Shown: positions 1-12,497 of the stretch, piece by piece
Position numbering within the stretch: the stretch's first letter is position 1
How the letters are laid out: the number at the start of each line of letters is the position of its first letter
Assembly: GCA_964035545.1 (NCBI GenBank)
Contig: OZ037765.1
Coordinates: 26,969,504 to 27,033,503 of the forward strand
Reading direction: 5' to 3'
Length of the DNA stretch: 64,000 nt
DNA from: Bugula neritina
Lineage: Eukaryota; Animalia; Bryozoa
Position numbers and translations under genes: made by a program
The notes under the pieces: model-generated
Database searches by the model: none
Told to the model about the DNA's origin: nothing
Seen by the model: the letters and a program-made list of their open reading frames with translations, nothing else

Positions 1-652
1 ATACTTTTCGTGTGTTTCATATAGTGATATGTTAATAGACCATCCAAGTTATTAATATGGCCTGAAATGACCTCCCCCAACTAACTTTAGACATTGTTAC
101 AAGACTTTACCTCAAAAATTGAGGCACTTAATTTTTTTAAATCAAGTAAATGGCTAAAAATAATTTAATCAGTAGTTTAGGTTTACGTTATAAACACGAA
201 TTTGATTTCCTACGCAGAAATTAATGTCTATCAAAGATACCAGCAAATAATAGTATAATTAATCATCAGCACTTTCCTAGTCCCATGCCAACACAACCCT
301 GCTGTGTGCACACCTAGCACATTGTGTGCGCACAAAAAATTAAAAAAAGATGACGACTAGCCAACTGTTGTTTATTTGTCATCAAAGTGCTAAGCTGGTG
401 ATCAATAATTGATGGAAGAGATGGTTAGGTGTATAATGCAGACTGGAAGATATGGCTAGGTGTATACTGACTCGACTATAAAATAAATATCTATCTATCC
501 AAGACCTGCAGCACTGGAATCAGTAGAAAGTTTTAGCTATGTAAATTATTAGAGTTTACACACAGCTATTGGACTTGAACAGTTCCTGAATTCAAAAAAT
601 ATTTAAATAAAAGCTGAAGGCAAAGGCTAATATGAGCCTCCATTACACTTAC

Positions 653-2104
653 AGACACGATGTCAGCAACACATTTTGTGGTATTTCCAGCGTCATCTTT
701 CACAGTGAGGGGCCGACCTTCCCTGATACGTTCCAACGCAGCGGAACAGTCCATCTAATACATAAACAAAGCACAGTGTTGGTAGACAGAATTTCTATTT
801 ATATATACAAATCAATAATTAATATTCCTTCAGTGGGTTTAACTCATGTCACACCTAATTATAAAATATCTACTGAACTTGATAAGTGCTCGACTCCTTT
901 GCTTTTAATTGTACTGCCAGGTTACACCTTTGTATAGTTCAAGGTTGAACTATAGTCTATTCTATAAATAATGTTAAAATATACAGCCTCAGCCCCTGAA
1001 ATGACTTGCATAGAAAATTGATAAAAATTATTGGGCAAGTCATATCGACTGATTCAAGTCCGAAATAATTAAAAAGAGTTAAACAATATTTGATAGAGTC
1101 CAAAATGGCTAAATTCAAAAGTAGTTTTAAAAAAGGCTTCATACTACATATATTTAGAGCCTACAATGCAGGTTGAAAAATGAAGCAAATAGTTAATCGG
1201 TCATTAGTAAACAAAATGTGCTGCAAAAGTGAAGGTTTCACGATGGCATAATGCTGAATAACAAGCATGCAGCAAATACCTAATACATAGTACATCAAAC
1301 ACAACTTTGGCTGCAACGGGTCTTCACATTTGATGGTGTTAAATTGACAGATTAAGATTATTTGGTCAAAACTTGTAGTCACTTGATGTGGGAATAACTC
1401 CCAAACTTTAAATTCAGAATCCAAATGACAAATAGACCAGCAACATAAATTGAACATTTTCCCTTTTCACTACCAAACCGAATCTAATGGTGTAGCTAAC
1501 AGAGTGACTTTATACAATGCTACATCATTTCGTATCACCATCAAATAGAAAAAAAAATGCGTAGGAAGAAATAATAAGGAATAATAATAAGGATGTAATA
1601 AGGAAGAAATTTCCTTAACTGCTTTACTGCAGTTTATATATAACTAATACTAAACACACTGCATGGGTATGAGAATCATACTTATGCCAACCTGACAGAA
1701 GAAAAACAACGTGAGTAAACTATCTTCTACATTGGAACAATATTTTGCCAAGATAAAATCAGCTACTTCAGTTGTATGGCAAAAATATTTTACTCAATTT
1801 CCTTGTTATTTTTAGAAATTGTATTTATACGTTAATATTCAGTTATTTAGGATGACACTAATTGCATACATCTAACAATTATGCTGAGGGAAAAGTGAAT
1901 ACCTTTAATGAGATAAACTTAACTGAAAATGTATACTTGTGTAAAAAGAGGACAACTCAAGTATATGCACACCGTACCTTGTAGGCTTTCATGAAGTCTT
2001 CAACAGTGTTATACATTCCATGAACTAGCTTGAAGGCAGACTTGTACTGTGTCAGTAGGGTAGCGCAGGATTTCTGATAGCTATTAGCGAAACCAGCAGA
2101 ATAA

Positions 2105-2170
<66 letters not shown>

Positions 2171-3468
2171 TGTATTATATAGCCTAAGATCTTAGTAATG
2201 AGAACTAAAATATAGTCAAACCTTGAAACTAGAATTAATGTAACAGTCTAATACATCAACAAGGCACATAATAGATAAAAAAATATATAAATAATCATAT
2301 AATTTCATCTGTAAGTACAACAAACACCCTTTGAAAAACTACCTATTTTTAGCATGAAGATATGGAGATCTATTTTATGTTGTTTTAAAATTTGTAAGTA
2401 GAAGAATTAATGCAATCTAATTCAACTTCTGTGTCAAAAATAGTAACATTTAGCTACTTCAACCACCACAATCTGGTGTATGCAAACATATAGATTTACA
2501 GGCCTTTGGATTTCACACTTGAAAACATAATATATTTTATCTATAAAATAAAATACTAACTCTTTTGCATTAACGGCATCTTTTATATATGCCTTCTCTA
2601 GACACTGTAGAGTGTTAATTACTGCGTAAAGGTCAGCCATTGTGTCATATCTACAAATATAAAACCAAAGGCATAGTGATTACCTTTTCATATTTGAACG
2701 GTTAGTCAAAATATCTGCAGTTAGGCCACAAAATATCTGCAGCTAGGCCACATAATATCTGCAGCTAGGCCACATAATATCTGCAGCTAGGCCACATAAT
2801 ATCTGCAGCTAGGCCACATAATATCTGCAGCTAGGCCACATAATATCTGCAGCTAGGCCACATAATATCTGCAGCTAGGCCACATAATATCTGCAGTTAG
2901 GCCACATAATATCTGCAGCTAGGCTACATAATATATCTGTACATATCATAGAAACAAGAAATATCCTTACTTTTCTCTTTCTCTAATATTCTTATACAGC
3001 TTCACCTCTTCATACAACTCTGGGCGATTTGCACCTGCTGAAAACAATATTACTTACTTACAGGATTTTAGAATTTAAATTATCAACACAAATTATATAG
3101 GCATTATCATTATCATTGTAGTAGTAGCACCTTTACCGACAAAATTATTTCAAGTACTAACAAAACTAGGAGTATCAACAAGTAATTGCTGCTGTAATAA
3201 CTGTAAACAGTGACAACAAACGGCTAAAGAAAAAAGAGCTTTTAAAAAAACATAATATAAAATGACAGCCAGTTGGTTTCTGATGATAACACAACTGTGT
3301 TAAGTGTTGGTCTTCATCTCCTAAACTTTAGACACTTATTGAAACCTTTTAAAATATACACCAGCATCTATGAATATTCAAAGTACAAAAACACAAAAAC
3401 TATCACATACATATAACCTACACCACTAGGAAGTACTACTTAGTAAATACTACTTTACCTGTAGCCAT
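653..3468 (-). CDS. VPS28: Vacuolar protein sorting 28 (ESCRT-I subunit); 5 coding exons in window (3459-3468, 2971-3037, 2561-2650, 1978-2080, 653-754), 3' exons lie beyond the left edge
   Basis: Spliced translation MAT(A)[69 protein letters not shown]...[34 protein letters not shown] matches the VPS28 N-terminal domain; all junctions GT-AG and phase-compatible. Confidence 0.95.
2116..2169. repeat. (TA)n microsatellite in VPS28 intron
   Basis: Pure TA run seen directly. Confidence 0.95.
2710..2933. repeat. 22-bp minisatellite (AATATCTGCAGCTAGGCCACAT) about 10 copies, filling most of a VPS28 intron
   Basis: Near-identical tandem units read directly. Confidence 0.95.
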
Positions 3469-4739
3469 TGAGTTTCTGGTATCTGCCTAGTATTGGTAAT
3501 TCAGCAATAGATTCTCTACAACTATACACACTTACTGGTTTATTACTGTACTACCACTAATTAGAAGTAACTTTTACTATTTTCCATAAATTAGACAATC
3601 ATTTAAAAATACTTAATAGGTGTGCTAAGAAAAAAGCAGCAGTAAAATGTAATAAAACTATATCATTAGAAATGGGATGTATATTTGTTAACATGATTAG
3701 TAAATACTTTGACAGGCAAAGTCTAGCAATTACAAATACAATATAAGCCAACATAAATTAGTAATCATAATATAAAATAGGGCATAAATTCTATAATAGA
3801 TCAAATAAACTTTGAAACCAACTGCAATTCAATAACTTATATAACATATTCATATCTATCAATGCATTTAAAAAGTATAATTATCATTATCAAAATTACT
3901 AAAACAAAAATTGTTCAAGTATGTAAAATAAAGTTGCTAATTAGTATTAACAAATATATTGAATATATTTTGTTTATCAAAAAAAATAATTACGGCTACA
4001 CTAAAATATAGATAGGATAAACATAAGCTTACATTAAATACTAAGTAATAAGGATGTATATTAACATGTAATACTGGTAAATATATCGTCATAGAAGCAA
4101 ATAGACTTGTGGTTCAGAAGTTAATAAGTACCAACATTTATATAAATATTTATTTTACAGTATTAACTGCAGCTTTCCAAGTGATTTAACATTTACAATG
4201 TGATTGCCACTATTTCGTATTGATTTATATTATTTTTCATAGGTAGAGAACCAAATAACAATTAAGAAGCATAAACTCTAAGTGATATAATAACAGTGAC
4301 AAATATGAAAAATCTGATCAATTTAAGAGAATAGCACAATGCAAACAAATTTAAATAAGCGATTAGACACATAATCAACTTTGTAGTAGCTTTTTATCTA
4401 ATCTATACTCGATTAGAAAGCAGATTAACTTGTAATGTGTTTCATTTTAAAAACAGTGTAACTTGCCTAATAGTCTAGTAACCAGTAACTATACAGGAAT
4501 AGGTGTACATCTACCACCAATAGCAAATTATAGTAGCAGAGGTAAGCATAGTAGTAATAATAGTGCTGTGAACATTAGTAGTAACAAGTGCTTCAATTTC
4601 AAACTTTATGCCTTAACATATATAATGTTCACAAGTTAGTGATTTATACTTAAACTGATAGTGATACCCACTTTCACAATTACAATGACACATTTACCAT
4701 ACTGATAACTGATATGTTTACAGTGTTACTGATTGTAAT

Positions 4740-5760
4740 ATTGATACACTTACTGTATGAATAAGATATATTTATCAAAAGATTAAGTATTAATATTGGT
4801 ATTAGTATTACTACTAGCAATAGTGATCAATCATAAACACTAAGCTTTGGCTATACTTGGTTTTATAGTAAATATGATACACATCTAATGAACTTATTAC
4901 ATTTACTACAAGTATCACTTATAAGTATAACTTTCACTTTAAATGAAAGTATAAGCTTGATTATCATTATGATTATCACTACGATTATAATAGTTATACT
5001 AGTACTAGTATACTAAGTTATACTAAGTAATAGTTATATTAGTATTTAGTACTATTACTTATAGTCTTCTATGAAAAGAGGACTGTAAGTAATAGTACTA
5101 CTACTAGTATAACAATAAGGTTAAGTATTAGTATAACTCTACAAGTTGAGGTATCATTAAGATTATGATTATAACTATTGAATCTTAGTCTTAGGCTTAG
5201 TATAACTACAAAATTTAGATTTTAGATTAAGTATAAGTATAACTAATATTAATACTATGAGTCTATGACATTGATTATGGCTATGACTATGACTAAGAGA
5301 TTAAGTGTGACTACTAAATTTAATAATAATTTAAATTACCATTATGATTATCATTATCACATACTCATAATTTATTATACTGATGCAGTTGTTTTTACTC
5401 TTAGTCTTAGGCTTAGTATAACTACAAAATTTAGATTTTAGATTAAGTATAAGTATAACTAATATTAATACTATTAGTATTACTATTAGTATTAGTATTA
5501 CATTTAGTTTTACTTTTAGTTTTACTTTTATAATTAGATTTACTTTTAGTGAGCTCACTTGGACTTTCACTTTGACTTACTCTTATGAATAATAATATAA
5601 ATATGATTATTGTTCTGGTAATAATACAGGTAAATATTGATTAAAACTAAGGTCCAAGAGTAATTCACTAAGACTAAGAGTAATAGTCAGAGTATTCATA
5701 ATGTTGACTGATGCAAATATCATTAGCATTACTCATACTCATAGTCATGGTCATGAACAC
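4740..5760. repeat. Cryptic hexamer-periodic AT-rich low-complexity region with an exact 76-bp internal duplication
   Basis: AGTATT/ACTATT/AGTCTT-like 6-bp periodicity; 5183-5258 is identical to 5399-5474. Boundaries approximate. Confidence 0.7.
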
Positions 5761-6356
5761 TGAAAATAATTTTATTTCAAGGAACATAGATCAAGATTGC
5801 CTCAGTTCTACAAACGCTACGAGATTTTCAGTACCGTCACATTTCAACATTAAAAAGCTAATTTACTATTAACTATGCATATCGACCTTGAAATAAAGTC
5901 CGATAAACAAACTCACAACTATTATCGTCATAACAGAGAAATAACTAATAAATTGGGGTAGCACAAACAGGTTATATTGATGTGTTGACCAATCTTTCAT
6001 TATCAATTATTGTTCTTTTTTTGTGAGATCATTGGTGAAGATGCGCTCTTTGTTGTCGTGTTGCCATGTACTAAATTATAAGTGCCATTAGCATCTTATT
6101 TCTTAGAATAATTGTTAGTTTTTGGAAACTAATACTAGTCGCCTTTTTTGTGCAAAACAATTTTTGTTGAACTACCAGGTATAACTCTTATACATACTCA
6201 TAGTTTGTTGTGCTACAATCATAGAAATCTATCAACAACCTTGAGACTTGCTCAAGAGACATGACTGTCAGTGGTACTGTTGCCATTGGTGTTACTCTTA
6301 TAATCAGTGAGTGCTAAATATTTGTGTGCCTGTATTTATTCTCAAAATTTTAGATT

Positions 6357-8403
6357 ATGTCTAAGCCACCACAAACTACTTCAACTTCTTTTGCTGATGA
6401 AATAGACGATGCTGTTCTGCAAGAGTTATACTCATGGGTTGATCAAATTCCACTCTCTAGACCAAAGAAAAATCTTACTCGAGATTTTTCTGATGGGGGC
6501 AAGTTTATCAGTATATAGCATCTAATTTAAATTTATTGCTTTGAAAAAATACCAAATATCAGTTCTTTAATAAGTCATATTCAAACTACTAAATTAAATT
6601 GATTGCCTAATATGTCCTCCGTTCATAGACATTACTCTGGTAATCTTATGCAATCTTGTAACATGCTAGTTGCTAAAGTTTTATTAATTTACAGTTTTAG
6701 TAGCTGAGACTATTTCACATTATTTCCCAAAGCTTGTAGAGCTTCACAATTATCCCCCAGCTACTGGAACTAAGCTCAAAATGGAAAACTGGAATGTACT
6801 CAACAGGTTAGTTTAATATTACTTGAGTTGTTTAATTAAAGATATAGAAATGCTACAGATTATTAATTAAAAATATTTATTCTAAAATGCTGGATTCTTA
6901 TAAAATTGTAATCTTATTAATATAACTTGGTATTATGTCCTACATTTAAAAAAAACTTAGCTTAGAATCAATTACCCATTTTATTGAAAATCTTGCCTTG
7001 CTATGTATTTTTTTTATTTATTTTAAGAACTTTTCACCCATTGTAGGAAAGTGTTTAAAAAGTTGCATTTTGAGTTGGCTGAAGATGTCATTAAGCAGGT
7101 TGTGAACGCCAAACCATTTGTCATAGAGAGGGTTTTACTTATGCTGAGGACTAAGATCGATACTATTGTCTGGGAAAAGCATAAGCAGCAAAATGAACAG
7201 CCAGAAGCTGATCAATATAAGCAAGGTAACTCTTCTTTCTCAATACATTTATTAATATAATATAGTCGCACTCTAAATTAGGCTGGAAATTTACCGTAAC
7301 TATTATTCACATTGTGAAAACATGCGGTATTGTAATTCCTCAGTAGCCCCTATGACATGTTGGCTTGAAAGTTGGAGAATTTTGGGTTTAATTCCTTGTA
7401 GGTGCTGCTATCTGATTCTATGTAAAAATTTGGTATCATTAGTATACAGCTTACAGAACACTCAAATATTTATTTTTAAACCTGATAACTTTATATACTG
7501 TGTTTCCAGACCCCACTCCTAGAGCTACAGGGGGGAAGAAAACATCAACAGTGTCCCCAGCTGTCAGGTAACTGAATTCTCAAATTTTGCTTCTATTAAA
7601 TACAAATTTATATAAAATTTCTTTAATTTTCTTTTGAATTTTTAAGTAAATTTAGTTTCGTTGAACTAATCTTGCAATAAGCTTTTAAACTGAGAGTATC
7701 TTTAACATTTCTGTTAAATTAAATTACTTATTATTGACTACCGGTTGTCTTAGAGCTGGGGGTGGAGTACAGAAACCCCCATTCTCAGATGTCTCCTCAA
7801 GAAATGCAGGTGATGGTATAGTCCCTCCTGATTTTGTGCCTCGTGTGCAGTTGGAAGAAAAAGTCCAAGAATGTCTTTCTAAAGAGGAGACAATTCAGGT
7901 GGGTGATGCTAAACATGTAATTGGTTGACTGATTGACTAAGTTATTGATTGATTGATTGATTAGTTGATTGATTGATTGATTATTCTCAGTGCCAAATAT
8001 TTGTCCAATGTGAAGGCTTTGCCTCCATTTGACAGAATTACTGGAAAGTGAGAAATAAAGAGTTTGAGTTTTAAAGATGTGTCTGTAGAATTAGCATAAT
8101 AGAGATGAGTTGGAGTTGTTATTCCTTGAATATAAAAAGTATTTAGGTGCATAAAAAGCACTCGGTAACTGCAACATTTGTTCAATCTGCTTTGTGAGTA
8201 AAATGTAGATGGTAGGCTCCATTTAGCTATTTTTTAATATATATATTCCCAAAAAAATAATCCTAATTAGCAAGTACATATTTAGTTATATGAACATTAT
8301 ATCAATTTAGTTATAGTAAAATATAATAGTGCCTAAATTTATAGCAAGTTATAGCCTAATATTTCTAAATAAAATGTTTCTTATATAGCTGACAGTAAGC
8401 ATA

Positions 8404-8437
<34 letters not shown>

Positions 8438-8573
8438 AAAGTTGTGTGTAAACTTAATACAGATATTAGAAGCCAAGGTGCGAAGGTTGGAGCATCTTCT
8501 ACATCTGAAAGACATCAGAATAAATGATCTACAAATAAGAGTAGATGGTATACGGCCTACTGGTCACCGTTAG
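6357..8573 (+). CDS. SPEF1: Sperm flagellar protein 1 (CLAMP; CH domain plus C-terminal coiled coil); exons 6357-6498, 6695-6806, 7047-7225, 7510-7567, 7754-7898, 8463-8573
   Basis: LQELYSWVDQIPLSRPKKNLTRDFSDGVLVAETISHYFPKLVELHNYPPA...ENWNVLNRKVFKKLHF and C-terminal KEETIQILEAKVRRLEHLLHLKDIRINDL are hallmark SPEF1 sequences; first coding intron is GC-AG. Confidence 0.95.
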
Positions 8574-9750
8574 ATGATGAGTTCCATCCTCTAACTGAAG
8601 GTTATACGGCAGTCAAATCAAGCAGCTCTTAGCAATCCTAATGTTAGTATAAGTCTTACAACTAACTGTTTGGCTACACTGCAACAGCGCTAATTATTGT
8701 TCTGATTTTAATTGCAAGAAGTTCTTTTATTGGTAGTGATTTGTTTGTGAATTCATCAATGCTCAACTTGAAAAAAATTATCAAAAATTATAGATGTTTT
8801 TGTTTTTTGCCAACACTTTTCAAACTAAATTTTTGAAATTTATGATGTAAAATGTTAATCTCGGTATATTTTGGTAAATCAGATATTTGGTATTGTTGAG
8901 AAATGAAGTAATATCTACCAATAGCATTTTAACCAACTGCTATTTACTGCAAAGTATAACATGGAGCTAGATATGATATTTTTGCTTTTACCATTTAGTA
9001 TTGCTATACTTATACTCATTCCTTACAGCTGATGCATATTGTACATGCTAGTTGTTCTTTACTTATATATATTACCATAGTTTATGTTATATTGCAATGA
9101 AAACTGCAACAGTCACTATTCGTTAATAGCTCTAGGGTTTGTCTTAGAATGGTGTTATTATAACAATCAAGTAACATAATATTGTAGAAGTTACAACCCT
9201 GGAAGCAGTATTTCATCGAAGTAATGTAATAATGTTCATATTTTTATTGGGTGCAATATTTTAGGCAACAGCTTGTGGTTTTTATATTTTGCTATCACTA
9301 GTCAAGTTTCTTTATTTAAATTAAGTCACCTAATATGTTTATAAATTTAAAAATACCACTACAATCCATGATTTTTATTTGATTTCTTTCATAAAAAAAT
9401 TATTCAAACAATTTTTTTCTGATTTTGGGTAAATAAATTATTTCAAATCCAAACAAAAACGATGTGTATAGCCTATAAACCCAACACTGTGGTAGAGCTA
9501 ATATCGTAGGTTTAGGTAGTGAAATTTATATATATATGTATACGTATAATAAAATAGATTTACAAAATAAAATAAAATAGAAAATAAAATATTTGAAAAG
9601 AACCTCACTTACTTTGATATTTAAAGAGAAATTTCTATGCTTGTACACATAAAAATACTGCTTAAATGAAAATTGAGCATAGTACATCTATGTAACTTTC
9701 TTACATCTCTAAAAATTATACTAGAATGAACCAACATAATAAAAGTTTCA

Positions 9751-12463
9751 TTAACTCAATTTTGTGGACACCATCGTATTGCTTCGTGAATTTATTGATG
9801 GCAGACGAGGTTTTGGCCTTTTGTTGACCTTTTTCCTAGACTCGGTGTCATCTTCAATAATGATTGACAAGTCCATAGTCCTTAGCGTGGCTTCATCCAG
9901 ACTGGAAGAGGTGTAGCCACGTTGAATCATTCGTTGAGTGACTGGAAGATGTTTAGGAAGCACATTGTTATTCATCTCTTGAGTAGCCAACACTTGGAAT
10001 GGGCAGCAAAGCACTCCAAATCTGTTTGTTAGATCTTTGTCTACGTTGCCAAAATTTCCTCTGCGTTGTTGGCGACTTATTCTTGACCGCAACAACTCAT
10101 TTTCAGCTTTTACACCCAGGCTGGTCTGAAATTAAATAAATACTAAATATACAAGTAATTGAAGTATTTTTTTATACTATTTGTTACTTTGGTGAAATAC
10201 CCTACTGTGAGAATATAACTCCAATAAATTTTTAAAATTAGTCTATCAATGAAGTTACTGCACAGAAATTCAACCTGAAGTATTACAATATTGTCAGTTA
10301 AAATATCAAAAGTTACTCATATCATATTTTAAACTTTTTATGGGTAAATAAAAGCTGTGTTCTAAATTGCACAAGATAGGATATTTGCAAAACATTTGCA
10401 GCCATGCCTATTTTTAATTGGTACAACTGAGTGTCATCCGAAATACTTCTCTTCTTTCATATTTACAATTTGTGTGTAAAAGATCATTTCATATACCTTT
10501 GGCGTCTGCAGAGCCATGTTATGGAATGTTCTAGCTCGTTCTTTGATTTGTAAGTCAGACTCCAGCCATGTGCTCTTTATTGACTCTATCTCACTCAGCG
10601 TAGCTGCTCTGCTAGCTAGTTGTCTCTTACAGACTGGGACTTGAGCAACCTAAGTTAAACATATACAGTAAATAAAGATGACGAAGAAGTTAAAGTTCTC
10701 ACATTAGAAGCTTGAAAAAATACATGCGTGGGAGTAGCTATTTGCTAAAAAAATGCATACCTATTATTGGTGTATATTTAGCACATTTTCATGAACAGAG
10801 ATACTATTATTTGGATTTTACAGTATATTATTTGATACTACTATGGCTGCATAATATGTTATTAGGAGCCTTAAATTTTACATTGAGAGTAGTAAAGTTA
10901 TTAGAATGAAAAATAATGTGCAGATTAAAAGATTGACAACATATGCCTATGCAATGTTTGTATCTTATTTTCTAATCTGCCTTGAAGTATTCATCTCACA
11001 TATACTTACAGGTTATTTAATATTTTCAACAAAATGAATATGCAAATAACTTCATCAAAGTTAATTGATGCTTGCTAGTTAGAACAAAAACTGCAATCTT
11101 TCTTCTAATTTAACTCAGAATATATAAAAAAATTATTTCAATAATAAATTACTCCAAGAAGAAGTTTGCTAATTATAAATTGTAGCTATAAATAACTCAA
11201 TCCCTTTTATGCAAAATTTAGAAAACAATTAACATGTTGAATACTGGGAGGCACTAACATTATTATTCTGCTTATAATTATTTTTTTTGACATTTCCTTT
11301 GATACCGGATCTTCGTAGTTTAAATTAAGATTTTACAACATGTAATAAATAATGTTTTATTATTAGACTTTAATAAGCCACACCTCCTTTGTTGGGTGCT
11401 GATCAATCTCCGGCAGAATGGAGCCATCCCCACTTTCAAAAACATCGTCCTCTCCTTCAACTTCTGAACTTTCAGTTTTCTCTTCCTCACCCACTTTCTT
11501 CTCAACACTATTTTCCAATTCTTTCAGCAAATATTCCTCAGAAAATGGGTTGAGAGGGTGAATCCAGGTGTTTTCATCAGCCAAGTTCCATTCTAGTTTC
11601 TAAATCATTCAACACAATATAATGCATATATAATGCAGCATATATCATAGCATATATATGAAAATATAACACTCGCTGCAACAGTGAAGCAGGCAGGGAT
11701 ATGTGAACTTAAGACTACCTCAGAAAATAAATTATATATCCTATGAGAATCCTTAATAGAAAAGGTTTTTTAATCGGGCTAAGGACTTATTTTCTACTAT
11801 GTAAAGTATCAATTATGACTGAATGCCTTTCCTAGCACCACCAATGGTCTTGACTCGGGCTTGACCCACTGACTTTAGGTTTACTGGTCCAGTGTTCTAA
11901 CCACTAGACCATGAAAGGCAATCTCAAAAAATACTTTGTAGTAAATATCAAGACTCCTCCAAAATTTTCCAAACTAATACATAACTAGCTTAAGTGTAAG
12001 CATGAGTCAGGGGCTACATAATATACAATTAGCAATGTGAATAGCATGTTGAAATTAAATAAAAGAACATTATATTAATCAAAGAGATGCCATAATAATG
12101 TAACATTATAATGCTTGTTAAGAGTTTTTGACTTACTTGACCAAATGTTCCAATAAACTTTCCATCACTACTCCAGAGTCTTGCCATTCTATCGGATGAC
12201 GCTGACAGAATGAAGTCACCATCTTTATGCTCGATGTATTCCACACTAACAACAGCCTGCTCATGGCCTCTCCACAAATAGCGTATTGGAGGTCTCGATT
12301 TCTCTACCTTTAAAACCCAATTTGTTAAAATTACCTTCTCAAAACCGTATATTTCTACACATCATTAAAGTATTATTTTTATTTTTATTTATTTTATGGT
12401 TCTTGACTGCTATTATAGTTGAGCTGTAGTGTGAACATTGTGTAGAGACATGCTCAACTGTAG

Positions 12464-12497
<34 letters not shown>

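Noticed and set aside
305-360. Hairpin followed by CTAG, resembling a Helitron 3' end
   Set aside because: Spacing is longer than typical, and no matching 5' end or second copy is visible.
2710-2933. Regular 22-bp repeats as a CRISPR-like array
   Set aside because: Units are directly adjacent with no unique spacers, the context is a eukaryotic intron, and there are no cas genes.
2961-2970. ATATCCTT, resembling a U12 AT-AC donor
   Set aside because: It is on the strand opposite VPS28, where it reads as a normal GTAAGG donor.
6058-6075. GTTGCCATG half X-box (RFX) upstream of the ciliary gene SPEF1
   Set aside because: The second half-site (RGYAAC) is absent; too weak to call.
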